Below are positions 28,496 to 37,132 of a DNA stretch of 64,000 nucleotides, one piece after another. The notes under the pieces were generated by a model. That model was not told the DNA's origin. It saw nothing but the letters and a program-made list of their open reading frames with translations, and did no database searches. Source of the stretch: a bacterium (GTDB lineage: Bacteria > Chloroflexota > Chloroflexia > Chloroflexales > Kallotenuaceae). Location of the stretch: NCBI GenBank assembly GCA_016781525.1, contig JADDQE010000117.1:4039-68038 (forward strand), read 5' to 3'. The position numbers and the translations under genes are program-made. Every line of letters begins with the position of its first letter. Positions within the stretch are counted from its first letter, which is position 1.

Positions 28496-30781
28496 CTAGT
28501 GGGAGGCTGGCAGCACCGGTGCCCTGCGTAGGGAGCTAACAACTGTCCGAATCGCGTCAAGCGTAAATGGCTTCTCGATCACCGCGCTTACGCCCAAGGC
28601 CTGAACTCGCTCGATCTGTCGTGCATCGGCATGGCCCGTGACCACGACCTGCAACGCCTCGGGTACGCGCTGCTTTGCCCGCTGGAGAAGCGTCACACCA
28701 TCCATCTCAGGCATCATCAGATCTGCAAAGATAACGTCGACCGGCGCCTGGCTGATCGCCTCGAGGGCCTTGACCGGCTCGGTGAACCACTCCGCCGCGT
28801 GACCCTCCTTCGTTAAAAGGCCGTGTAATGATTTGGCAATCAACGGCTCGTCGTCCACAATGATCATGCGGAGGGGCTCAAGCTGCGCTTGCGGTGCCAG
28901 CACGACTTCAGCTGGTGCTGCCTTGAGGGGGAGCCTGATGGTCATCGTCGTGCCACGACCTTCTTCGCTCTCGATATCAATCGTTCCATCATGTTCGGCG
29001 ATAATGCCATAGGAGATGGCGAGCCCAAGCCCTGATCCGCCGTGGAGTTTGCCATCGTTTGAGGTCTTCGTGCTCACAAAGGGTTCGAATATTCGATCCC
29101 GAACGTGACTGGGAATACCACAGCCGGTGTCACCGACTGCAAGTCGAATATGTTCCGCTTCCTCAGCTAGCTCGATGGTGAGCACGCCGCCCGTGGGCGT
29201 CATAGCGTCGATTGCGTTGGTGACCAGGTTGAGCATCACTTGAGCTAGCGTGCCAATATCGCAGAGCACCGGGCGTACCGGCGTGATACGCTGCTCGACT
29301 CGGATATTTCCGCGGCGAAACTCTGCCTGAAGCATCGATAAGACGGGGTCGATCGCGCTCCGTAGATCGGCGGGCTCCCGTTTTGGCTCCAAGTGCCGCG
29401 CGAAGGTGAGCAGGCCACGTGTGATGCTACCGCCATGCTGAGCCGACTTTGCCACGGTATCAAGAGCTGATCGATAACCGCCGGGCTCGTCCTCGAGCAG
29501 GGCGAGCTGTGAGATACCACTTATGCCGGCGAGGAGGTTATTGAACTCGTGCGCGACGCCCGCAGCCAGCGTACCGATAGCTGCCAGCCGCTCCGACTGC
29601 ACGACCCGAACTTGCGATGATTTAAGCTTGGTGATGAGGCGTGCCTGGTAAATAGCAAGCGCGGCTTGAGCCGCGAAGGTCTCGATAAGCCGCTCGCCTT
29701 GCTCGTCCAGCGTAAACGTGCTGTCGGTCACAAGCACCATGCAGCCGACGACATCGTCCGGTGTTACAAGTGGCACCAGCATGACAGGCTGCCCGGTCAT
29801 GACCTTGCGCACAAATTCATGGTCTAGGTGGACAAGCCTCCGTGCTTCACAAACACGCCGAAGATTAAGGCTCCAATCGCGGATTGGCAGCTCGGGAGTA
29901 CACGTCCCTCTTGAAACAACCTGATCCTGCTCATTGCCCTCGCCCCACAGCAAGACACTTGAATGCGTGACGGGAAAGACTTCCATGATGTATTTCATCA
30001 TGGTGTCGATCTGACTGTGGATATCCACGGATGAGAGCAGCGACGTCGTCGCTTCATGAATTTGCCGTTGCTGCTGGGTAAGACGTCGGGAAGCTTCTTG
30101 CTCGTTGATAAGACCGGCATGTACGGCGAATGAGTGTTGAATGGCGACGAGCGGCAGCAGACCTACAAAGAAAAGCCAAGGATTGGCCTGCCACATCCAT
30201 GCCAGCATTAGACCGTAGGGAAGTAGCGACAGGTCGTAGGAACTAAAAACCGTTACGGCATCACGCCATCCTCTAAGAATTTTCTCCCCAGTCGCAACCG
30301 CAATCAGCACTCCCATGATTGTTGTTGCCAGAATAAAATAAAGCGACAGCACAGAAAGAATGCGGAGAAGATCAGCGGAATCAATAAAGGAGAGTGAATA
30401 GATGCCGAGTTCATGAGCAAGTAAAGCGGGTAAGCCTGCTGTTATAGTCCTGTGCGCAGCATTAAAAAGCGTCTTGTACCACGTTCTGCGGAGATATATA
30501 TCAGAGGCGAGACTACCGCCGCTTGTAATGATAATGGTCGCGGAAGGAGGAAAAATAAAGATAGAAGCGACTGCGATAGCCGTACTAACGGTCTGTGTAA
30601 CGTTTTGGTTATATCTGATCGGCTTGAATTCGGTTAAGCACACCAGGAGACAGAACAAGCCCGCTGCCAGATAGTCATTCGGTAGTAGCGGCCTTATGCC
30701 CGAAACCATAATCAGGACAGCAATAGCGCATATCCAGATGGTTACTACGTACCACTTAAGCGCTGCAGGTAAATCTTGCAT
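28496..30781 (-). CDS. hybrid sensor histidine kinase (multi-TM sensor, GAF-like, HisKA, HATPase_c, C-terminal receiver)
   Basis: H-box AAGVAHEFNNLL, N/G boxes (NLVTNAIDA, DTGCGI, GGSGLGLAI), receiver IIVDDEP..FADLMMPEMDG..KPF. Confidence 0.85.
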   Translation of the reverse strand: MQDLPAALKWYVVTIWICAIAVLIMVSGIRPLLPNDYLAAGLFCLLVCLTEFKPIRYNQNVTQTVSTAIAVASIFIFPPSATIIITSGGSLASDIYLRRTWYKTLFNAAHRTITAGLPALLAHELGIYSLSFIDSADLLRILSVLSLYFILATTIMGVLIAVATGEKILRGWRDAVTVFSSYDLSLLPYGLMLAWMWQANPWLFFVGLLPLVAIQHSFAVHAGLINEQEASRRLTQQQRQIHEATTSLLSSVDIHSQIDTMMKYIMEVFPVTHSSVLLWGEGNEQDQVVSRGTCTPELPIRDWSLNLRRVCEARRLVHLDHEFVRKVMTGQPVMLVPLVTPDDVVGCMVLVTDSTFTLDEQGERLIETFAAQAALAIYQARLITKLKSSQVRVVQSERLAAIGTLAAGVAHEFNNLLAGISGISQLALLEDEPGGYRSALDTVAKSAQHGGSITRGLLTFARHLEPKREPADLRSAIDPVLSMLQAEFRRGNIRVEQRITPVRPVLCDIGTLAQVMLNLVTNAIDAMTPTGGVLTIELAEEAEHIRLAVGDTGCGIPSHVRDRIFEPFVSTKTSNDGKLHGGSGLGLAISYGIIAEHDGTIDIESEEGRGTTMTIRLPLKAAPAEVVLAPQAQLEPLRMIIVDDEPLIAKSLHGLLTKEGHAAEWFTEPVKALEAISQAPVDVIFADLMMPEMDGVTLLQRAKQRVPEALQVVVTGHADARQIERVQALGVSAVIEKPFTLDAIRTVVSSLRRAPVLPASH

Positions 30782-31039
30782 AAAATGTTTTCACTGCTAT
30801 CTACGGGTGAGGGATCAGTAGATAGAACGGCACTCGTGTAAAAAAGGTTCGGCTATCTTTCAATGTTCGTTAAATGGGGCTCGTCCACGGCTTTGATTGC
30901 GGCGTCTTGAACGCTTCGTGCAGCTTCAAGATAAAGCAGAACTTTGCTTTACCATCAGAGGGCTGTTTATTAGAGAGCCCCTTGCTCAAACATTTACCCT
31001 AAGGGAGTTGCTCTGGCTAGTACACCTTAGCGCATTTTG

Positions 31040-32641
31040 CTATCTTTGTGATGATAGTGAGTAGTACTTCTGTCCCGTGGTGATGCCGCCTGCCGTCAGC
31101 GAGGATCTGCACACAAGCCCGATTCCAACGAATGCAACGCCGATCAACGTCAGCACTGTTGAAACTCTCCCTTGTCCAATACCGGTCAATAGGGCTCCAA
31201 GCGCAAATCCAAGGCCCGCCGCAGTACCATAAACGCTTACGACACGTCCTAACACCTCGCGAGGCGTTTGCTCTTGTAATACCGTGCGAATACTGGCGAA
31301 AATTAGACTGTTCGCCGCGCCGGTGAGCCACACAAAAGGCAACGCGAGGAAGAGAAGGGTGGTCCAGGGACCGCTGTTAGGGATTGGAGATGATAAATTA
31401 GCATACTGGCCGAGCACCGGCACCAACCCTTGTAATATTAAGGCCAGCCCATTGAGGAGGATGCCATACCATAGAAGGGCCGCACGAGGTACGTGCTGAC
31501 CCCATCGGCCAAGTGCCAGAACTCCAGATGCAATACCAAAGACCATTACCCCTTCAAGCACCGGGAAGCCTATGTCTTCCGTACTTCCAAGCGCCTCAAT
31601 CACATAGGGTAGCTGAAGCGTATTGAATAAGGATATGAGCAGGGGCATGATCAGGCTAAGCATGACAATCTTACGCACCAAGGGCAGCTGCCGGACGGCG
31701 TTTAGACCTTCAACAATGTCACTTAAGATTGAGGCGTCACCTTTTACTTCGCGAGCAATATACTGTGTGCGCACATGGAGTAGCAGGAGGGCGGATACAA
31801 AAAAGGTTACGGCATCGATGAGGAACGCTCCTGATGTACCCAGGAAGACGAGCGCGAACGCAGCCAACGGGTAGCTTGCCAACTCTGCAAAGGTCGTCGT
31901 TGCCTGATCGAGTGAGTTGGCTGCAAGCAGCTCTGACTCTTCTACGACATCGGCCAAGATGGCAACCCGCGCAGGATTGAACATCTCACGTACAAGGGCG
32001 GCTGCAAAATTAATAAGATAAATAGCGGCAAGCTTGATAGGCAGTGTTAACGGGAAGGTTACGAGCGCAAGCAGCACAAGTACGAGAAGCCCATTTGCGA
32101 CGTCCGCAGCGATCATCGTACGGCGCGGATTCCAGCGATCAACTAACGCACCGGCGATGAGGCCAAAGAACAATGATGCAACCAGGGATGAAAAGGCAGC
32201 CAACCCCAGCTGAGTATAGGAACTCGTCAAACTAAAAACGTATATCGGGAGCGCAATTCGTGTAAAGTAGCTACCAAACGTGGATATTGCTTCGCCCAGC
32301 CACAACCACCGGAAGTTCGGATTCCGTAGCAATGACCGGTAGGTCACGACGTGCGTCGTAGGTGGCACTACTTCCGGATTTTCGCTAGATTGGCCGAGGG
32401 ATTGGCTTTGGCCAAGTAAAGCTTGACCTGCGGCTTTCCAGCTATTGTCTGTCACCCCTTGTACAGTTGGAGAGGGCTCGATATCTCCGGCTAGCGCTCG
32501 TACCTGTTGGTGGCCATTCCAAATTGCACGACATCCTCCACACAGCGCCAAATGAAACCCGAGCTCTGGATTGCCTTTGCGCGGTGTACCAGGTTGGGCT
32601 CCCTCACCGAGGAGCGAGCGCGCTTGAACACATGTCATCAT
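31040..32641 (-). CDS. MFS transporter (MFS_3/EntS-like) with in-frame N-terminal zf-HC2 anti-sigma-like domain
   Basis: N-terminus MMTCVQARSLL..HLALCGGCRAIW (C..H-x3-C-x2-C); from about residue 100 YRSLLRNPNFRWLWLGEAIS.. and about 12 hydrophobic helices. Confidence 0.75.
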   Translation of the reverse strand: MMTCVQARSLLGEGAQPGTPRKGNPELGFHLALCGGCRAIWNGHQQVRALAGDIEPSPTVQGVTDNSWKAAGQALLGQSQSLGQSSENPEVVPPTTHVVTYRSLLRNPNFRWLWLGEAISTFGSYFTRIALPIYVFSLTSSYTQLGLAAFSSLVASLFFGLIAGALVDRWNPRRTMIAADVANGLLVLVLLALVTFPLTLPIKLAAIYLINFAAALVREMFNPARVAILADVVEESELLAANSLDQATTTFAELASYPLAAFALVFLGTSGAFLIDAVTFFVSALLLLHVRTQYIAREVKGDASILSDIVEGLNAVRQLPLVRKIVMLSLIMPLLISLFNTLQLPYVIEALGSTEDIGFPVLEGVMVFGIASGVLALGRWGQHVPRAALLWYGILLNGLALILQGLVPVLGQYANLSSPIPNSGPWTTLLFLALPFVWLTGAANSLIFASIRTVLQEQTPREVLGRVVSVYGTAAGLGFALGALLTGIGQGRVSTVLTLIGVAFVGIGLVCRSSLTAGGITTGQKYYSLSSQR

Positions 32642-32824
32642 ATTGTAGGTGACCTTTCACAGGTAGCACAAGCAGGAAAGACCTATTTATTTACAGAACG
32701 CCTTCAATCACCGGGGCGTAGTTCATCGAAAGGGTACTGACGGGGCCTGGAACGGGCGTCATCGTGACCAGCATCCCTTGTAGTTAAGGGTGGCATGCGA
32801 TGAGGTCTAACCAGAAGGAAAAAG

Positions 32825-33052
32825 AGCGCCAGTGTGAGAAGTTGACTAGGAGCTAATTACCCCCATTTTAGTGGTTGAAACATCGTCTGTGTGGGCGTAG
32901 TTGTTCCGACGGCGGCAATCTGTACACGCGAAATGATGGTTTGCCACTTCATACAGGGGCTCCTTCCAACTGACAACAACAAGGTTGGTTGATAGAGACC
33001 CCTCAACTCCGCTCGTGCCCAATCAGACGAAAACCCTCCTCACACTGGCGCT
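32825..33052 (-). repeat. 14-bp perfect inverted repeat closing a 228-nt RNA module, followed by a U-rich tract
   Basis: AGCGCCAGTGTGAG at 32825-32838 and CTCACACTGGCGCT at 33039-33052; on the minus strand the 3' arm is followed by CUUUUUCCUUCU. Confidence 0.6.
32857..32952 (-). CDS. 31-codon ORF (MKWQTIISRVQIAAVGTTTPTQTMFQPLKWG) inside the inverted-repeat module; coding status uncertain
   Basis: ATG 32952 preceded by GGAAGGAGC; not in ORF track; an anti-SD GCTCCT lies just after its stop codon, so it may be structural RNA instead. Confidence 0.3.
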   Translation of the reverse strand: MKWQTIISRVQIAAVGTTTPTQTMFQPLKWG

Positions 33053-33061
33053 ACCAGCAGG

Positions 33062-33733
33062 CTATGCGACAACCAGCCGTGAGGCTGGAGCATGCTGCTG
33101 ATCGGGAAGCCAGCCAGCCAACCGTCGGTTGGTAGCCGCAAGAACGGAGCGGGCTGCCGCCTCGGCAACGCTGCTCCGTACAAATGTTGTTCCAAGGACG
33201 TGCTCCAGGGCCATATCCTGGTACGTCACGTAGGTAGTAATTACTTCGCGCGCGCCAAAGGTCGTGCATTGAACACCCGCGAGCTCCAAGGGTGCCTGCG
33301 GAGCAAACATGCCGTTGAGGGCTGCAACGGTTGCTTTAGCCGCCGCCTCAGCTGTATCTGGGCCAACGACGCAGCGCCCTGTGTAACGCTGCTGGCCGTT
33401 GAGCAAGTCGACCTCGATGTAGGTGCCGTCTGGCTGCTGAACTTGTTCGACACGGTCGAGGCTAACGCGGTCGACGGTTGCGCCTTCCGCAAGCTGCACG
33501 AGGCTGATGCGGCGATAATCGATACGGTAGTTAAACCGCACCACGAGCACACTCTCGATGTCGCGAACGATCTTTTTAAGGGCTCGGCGTGGGGAAGCAA
33601 TAATATGTACTTCGCCGATATCGGTATCGCTGGCCCGTAGGATGCGGGCGCCGCGGACTCCGGGGACGGTTAGCAAGGTTTCTTCGATCATTGTTGTGTC
33701 GGGCAAGGACACAACATCAGCGCGCTTCGCCAT
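33062..33733 (-). CDS. hypothetical protein with internal tandem repeat, no family recognised
   Basis: 223-aa ORF, GGAGACC SD; repeats TAEAAAKATVAALN / VAEAAARSVLAATN. Confidence 0.55.
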   Translation of the reverse strand: MAKRADVVSLPDTTMIEETLLTVPGVRGARILRASDTDIGEVHIIASPRRALKKIVRDIESVLVVRFNYRIDYRRISLVQLAEGATVDRVSLDRVEQVQQPDGTYIEVDLLNGQQRYTGRCVVGPDTAEAAAKATVAALNGMFAPQAPLELAGVQCTTFGAREVITTYVTYQDMALEHVLGTTFVRSSVAEAAARSVLAATNRRLAGWLPDQQHAPASRLVVA

Positions 33734-33928
33734 GGAAGGTCTCCGTTTGGTGAGTCAGCGAACGATACGACGGCTCAAACTGCGGGCTAAAGAAATTAAC
33801 CCAGCAGCGGCAGAGCCTGGATATGACAGTGTAGTGGAAATTGATATGCGTTTGTGACCACCTATAGCATACCTCAACTTCGCCCAGAGTGTCGTAAACG
33901 GGGAGTAGTACAAAGGTCCCGGCTTGGG

Positions 33929-35137
33929 CTAGACCCCAGAGGCAGGCTCAATTTGCAATCCGAGTACTAGTCCGATTTTGCGTAGCGTGCGTTGTGCCGA
34001 GGTGACATTCTGCTCGGTGGCCGCCGCGATGATTGTGTAAGCAAGCTCAGCCAGAGCACCAATTGCCGCCGGGGTGTCAAAGTTGTCATCCAACGCGTGG
34101 AAAAACTGGCTCTGTGGGGCATCGTCGTCGAGGTGGCGCTCGCTTGCAGGAGATGGTGTTCGGAGGGCGCTGTGCAGCAGCTGGACTTGCTGCTCGGCCT
34201 CGGCGACCCGCTCGTCACTATATTCGAAGGGCTCGGCATAGGGGTAGCTTAGGATTGCCAGTCGCAGAGCGTCGGGCGAGTAGTGTTTGAGTATGTCGTC
34301 CACAAAGACCATGTTTCCTAGCGACTTAGACATTTTTGTGCCGCCGAGAGCGACGAGGCCCGTATGCATCCAGCAGCGTACAAATGGGGCAACGCCGGTT
34401 GCCGGCTCCGCCTGCGCAATTTCACACGCGTGATGCGGAAAGATGAGATCCGCGCCTCCGCCATGGATATCGACCTGTGGACCTAGATACTCAGTTGCCA
34501 TCGTCGAACATTCTATATGCCAACCTGGCCGGCCTGGGCCCCATGGGCTTTCCCAGGCGGGCTCATCCGGCTGCGAGGGCTGCCAGAGCACGAAGTCCAA
34601 CGGATCACGCTTACCCGGATCGTCGGGATTGTTGCCCATCTCGTTGGCCATCGAGAGCAACGTGGGGTAGTCGGCGTGGGCTAGCTCTCCATAATGCTCG
34701 AAGGAGGCCGCGTGATAGTACACAGTACCGCGGCTGACATAGGCGTGGCCGGCCTCCAGCAGCCGCGCAATCGTTGACTGCATCTGCTGGATAACACTGG
34801 TCGCGAGTACATAGTGCTCCGGTTTAGCCACGTTGATGCGCGCCAGCGAGGCAAGATAGCGCTTGGTCTCCTGGTCCCCCAACGCTCGCCAGTCGACGCC
34901 GTCGCGGCGGGCTCGCTCGAACAAGGGCTCATCAATATCAGTGACGTTTTGGACATAGCGCACGCGCAGCCCCTGGCTTTCCAGGTACCGCCGCAGAGTG
35001 TCGTACACGACGCCAACGCGGGCATGGCCAAGGTGGCTCGTATCGTAGGGTGTAACTCCACAAACATAGAGCTTAACCTCCCCGGATGGGAAGCTAAGCT
35101 CTTCTACGCGCTGGGTTAAAGTGTTGTACAGTCGCAT
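33929..35137 (-). CDS. class I cysteine ligase, MshC-like (CysRS catalytic core, no C-terminal anticodon-binding extension)
   Basis: HLGH and KMSKS motifs; Zn ligands (YVCG, WHIECS, HH..E); YVQNVTDIDEPLFERARRDGVDWRALGD matches my recollection of mycobacterial MshC better than CysRS; about 400 aa; start ATG 35137 (MRLYNTL). Confidence 0.75.
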   Translation of the reverse strand: MRLYNTLTQRVEELSFPSGEVKLYVCGVTPYDTSHLGHARVGVVYDTLRRYLESQGLRVRYVQNVTDIDEPLFERARRDGVDWRALGDQETKRYLASLARINVAKPEHYVLATSVIQQMQSTIARLLEAGHAYVSRGTVYYHAASFEHYGELAHADYPTLLSMANEMGNNPDDPGKRDPLDFVLWQPSQPDEPAWESPWGPGRPGWHIECSTMATEYLGPQVDIHGGGADLIFPHHACEIAQAEPATGVAPFVRCWMHTGLVALGGTKMSKSLGNMVFVDDILKHYSPDALRLAILSYPYAEPFEYSDERVAEAEQQVQLLHSALRTPSPASERHLDDDAPQSQFFHALDDNFDTPAAIGALAELAYTIIAAATEQNVTSAQRTLRKIGLVLGLQIEPASGV

Positions 35138-35217
35138 AACCAATTCAGGATGAATGATCAATCACTGTTCCTAACCGCTCAGTCCCGGCAATTAGTCGAT
35201 TGATCAAGGCTCATTGT

Positions 35218-35670
35218 TTAGATGCTACACTGCATCGAAATCGCTTGCAACCAGCCATCGATCTCAGAGGCATTGGGTAAGAGAGTGACGTCGGCACTTA
35301 ACCACTGGTGGTACAGAGCACCGTATCGATCGCAGGCAAAGATACCCGCGCTTGCCGCTTGCGGCAAGAATCGCTCTCGGACACGTCCGTTGGGGTCGAC
35401 CAGGACAGTGAAAGGCAGCGCTCCCAAAGCACCCGCCGTATCCTCACTAGGTACGACGACGATACCGCGCGCCGGTAGCTGCTTCCACTCGTCCGCGTGC
35501 ATGGCAAGGCTGTGCAGGTACGCTTCGGGCTGTGCAGCGGGGCCGAAGATCATGAGCAACAGATGGTCACGCCCGCGCCGCTTCGCCAAATTATGCGTCT
35601 CGCCGTACTTATCCAGCAACGTAAACAGCGGCACGGGTTTATGCAGCGGCAGCTTGGGTTCAAGATCCAT
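35218..35670 (-). CDS. thioredoxin-fold (AhpC/TSA/BCP-like) protein lacking the peroxidatic Cys
   Basis: redoxin-like layout (PLFTLLDKYGE..LLLMIFGP..VVVPSED..PFTVLVDPNG) but GPAAQPEA where the CxxC/PxxxTxxC site would be. Confidence 0.6.
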   Translation of the reverse strand: MDLEPKLPLHKPVPLFTLLDKYGETHNLAKRRGRDHLLLMIFGPAAQPEAYLHSLAMHADEWKQLPARGIVVVPSEDTAGALGALPFTVLVDPNGRVRERFLPQAASAGIFACDRYGALYHQWLSADVTLLPNASEIDGWLQAISMQCSI

Positions 35671-35742
35671 ATGGCTATCCTCCGCTCACGTTACGGGTCT
35701 TTACACCTCGATTATACTGCAAGTCGCTAGCCAGGAGGTCGT

Positions 35743-36540
35743 ATGCGCGACAACTATGCCCTAGACGCCGAGCTGTACGATATTGTGTATGCTGATTACG
35801 TGGACGATATCGGGTTTTATGTGGACGAAGCCGTGGCTGCAGACGGCCATTGCCTAGAGCTGGGCTGTGGTACTGGCCGCGTGTTGCTGCCTGTAGCGCG
35901 AGCAGGGGTTACCGTAACGGGTTTGGATGTCTCCAAGCCGATGCTTGCACGGCTGGGGCGCAAAGTTGCCGCACTTCCCGACGACATTCGGTCGCAGGTT
36001 ACAGTGGACCATGGTGATATGCGCTCATTCAAGCTGGATCCGCAGTTTGCGCTGATCTATGTCCCGTTTCGGGCGTTTCTACACCTGATGCAGGTTAGTG
36101 ACCAACTTGATGCGCTGCGAAACATCTATCGGCATCTGCGTCCTGGCGGACGGCTTATCCTGAACTTCTTCGATCCGTCGCTGGAGTATATTGTCGCGCA
36201 TAGCGGGCCGATTGGCGGCGCGCTGCACACGACTGGCGAGTCGTTTATCGACCCGCGCACCGGACGCTTGCTTGTCGAGTGGGCGACAATCCAATACAGC
36301 CAGCACCTACAGCGAATCGATCAGTATTATGTGTATGACGAGGTGGACCAGCGCGGGCGAGTCGTGGGGCGCTTGTACCGGAATCTGCAGATGCGCTATA
36401 TCTTCCGCTGGGAATTCGAACATCTGCTGGCACGCTGTGGTTTCGAGCTTGTGGCATTGTACGGCACATTTGACCGCCAGCCATTTATTCAGTCAGGGCA
36501 AGAGCTCATTTGGGTAGCACAGCGACCTGTAGCGGGCTAG
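35743..36540 (+). CDS. class I SAM-dependent methyltransferase
   Basis: motif I LELGCGTGRV, post-I LDVS, motif II-like region; divergent from the redoxin gene across a 72-bp spacer. Confidence 0.8.
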   Translation: MRDNYALDAELYDIVYADYVDDIGFYVDEAVAADGHCLELGCGTGRVLLPVARAGVTVTGLDVSKPMLARLGRKVAALPDDIRSQVTVDHGDMRSFKLDPQFALIYVPFRAFLHLMQVSDQLDALRNIYRHLRPGGRLILNFFDPSLEYIVAHSGPIGGALHTTGESFIDPRTGRLLVEWATIQYSQHLQRIDQYYVYDEVDQRGRVVGRLYRNLQMRYIFRWEFEHLLARCGFELVALYGTFDRQPFIQSGQELIWVAQRPVAG

Positions 36541-36611
36541 CGGGAAGGGCTCAGCTCCCTCTAGCACTGTGCGGCTGGAGCGGCCGAGGAAGTTTGCATA
36601 CGGCATTTAGC

Positions 36612-36797
36612 ATGGAAGAGCTTAGGCAGGCTGACTGGACAACGCTTGTCGTCGCAGCTTCAGTGGTTATTGGTGTTCTATTAACACCGTATGAGCTGCT
36701 ACTGGTGGTGCAGCGGCGTTGGGAGCAGCAACGCCGCGAGGGTCCGGTACGCGGCGAAGGGCTGCCGGCTGCTCAGGACGACGAAGCCATCGACTAA
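36612..36797 (+). CDS. possible small single-TM protein
   Basis: ATG 36612 (MEELRQADWTTLVVAASVVIGVLL..), weak SD; could be non-coding. Confidence 0.25.
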   Translation: MEELRQADWTTLVVAASVVIGVLLTPYELLLVVQRRWEQQRREGPVRGEGLPAAQDDEAID

Positions 36798-36860
36798 GCG
36801 GCGACGGCCTGCCCTTCGCACACGATCTTCCACTTCACGGCAACCCTCTTGGCAGGAGTA

Positions 36861-37025
36861 CTATGCTACCCACTGGCCATAGCGTGCGCGCAGCAGCTCC
36901 ATCACGAGCTGATCAAGCACAGCCTCGGCCTCAAGATACGACGGAGCGTAGCCGACAAGAGCCCCGTCAAGATAGATCGCGAAATCACGCGTGTCTCGAC
37001 TATACATAATCATTCGTTGCATCAT
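36861..37025 (-). CDS. possible 54-aa protein, unknown function
   Basis: ATG 37025 (MMQRMIMYSRDT..) 7 nt after AGGAG; no family recognised. Confidence 0.3.
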   Translation of the reverse strand: MMQRMIMYSRDTRDFAIYLDGALVGYAPSYLEAEAVLDQLVMELLRARYGQWVA

Positions 37026-37103
37026 CACGCTGCTCCTGTTCATAGATTTCACTCTTACTCGTCGGTATTTTAGCACGCTTGTTCTGTTTAATCAAGTGGT
37101 TCA

Positions 37104-37132
37104 TTGACAAAAAACAAGCGCCTCGTTATGAT
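37104..37132 (+). promoter_or_regulatory. sigma-70-type promoter
   Basis: TTGACA - 17 nt - TATGAT; predicted start falls at the base of the GGCAGCGC-ttcg-GCGCTGCC hairpin (37139-37158). Confidence 0.6.
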
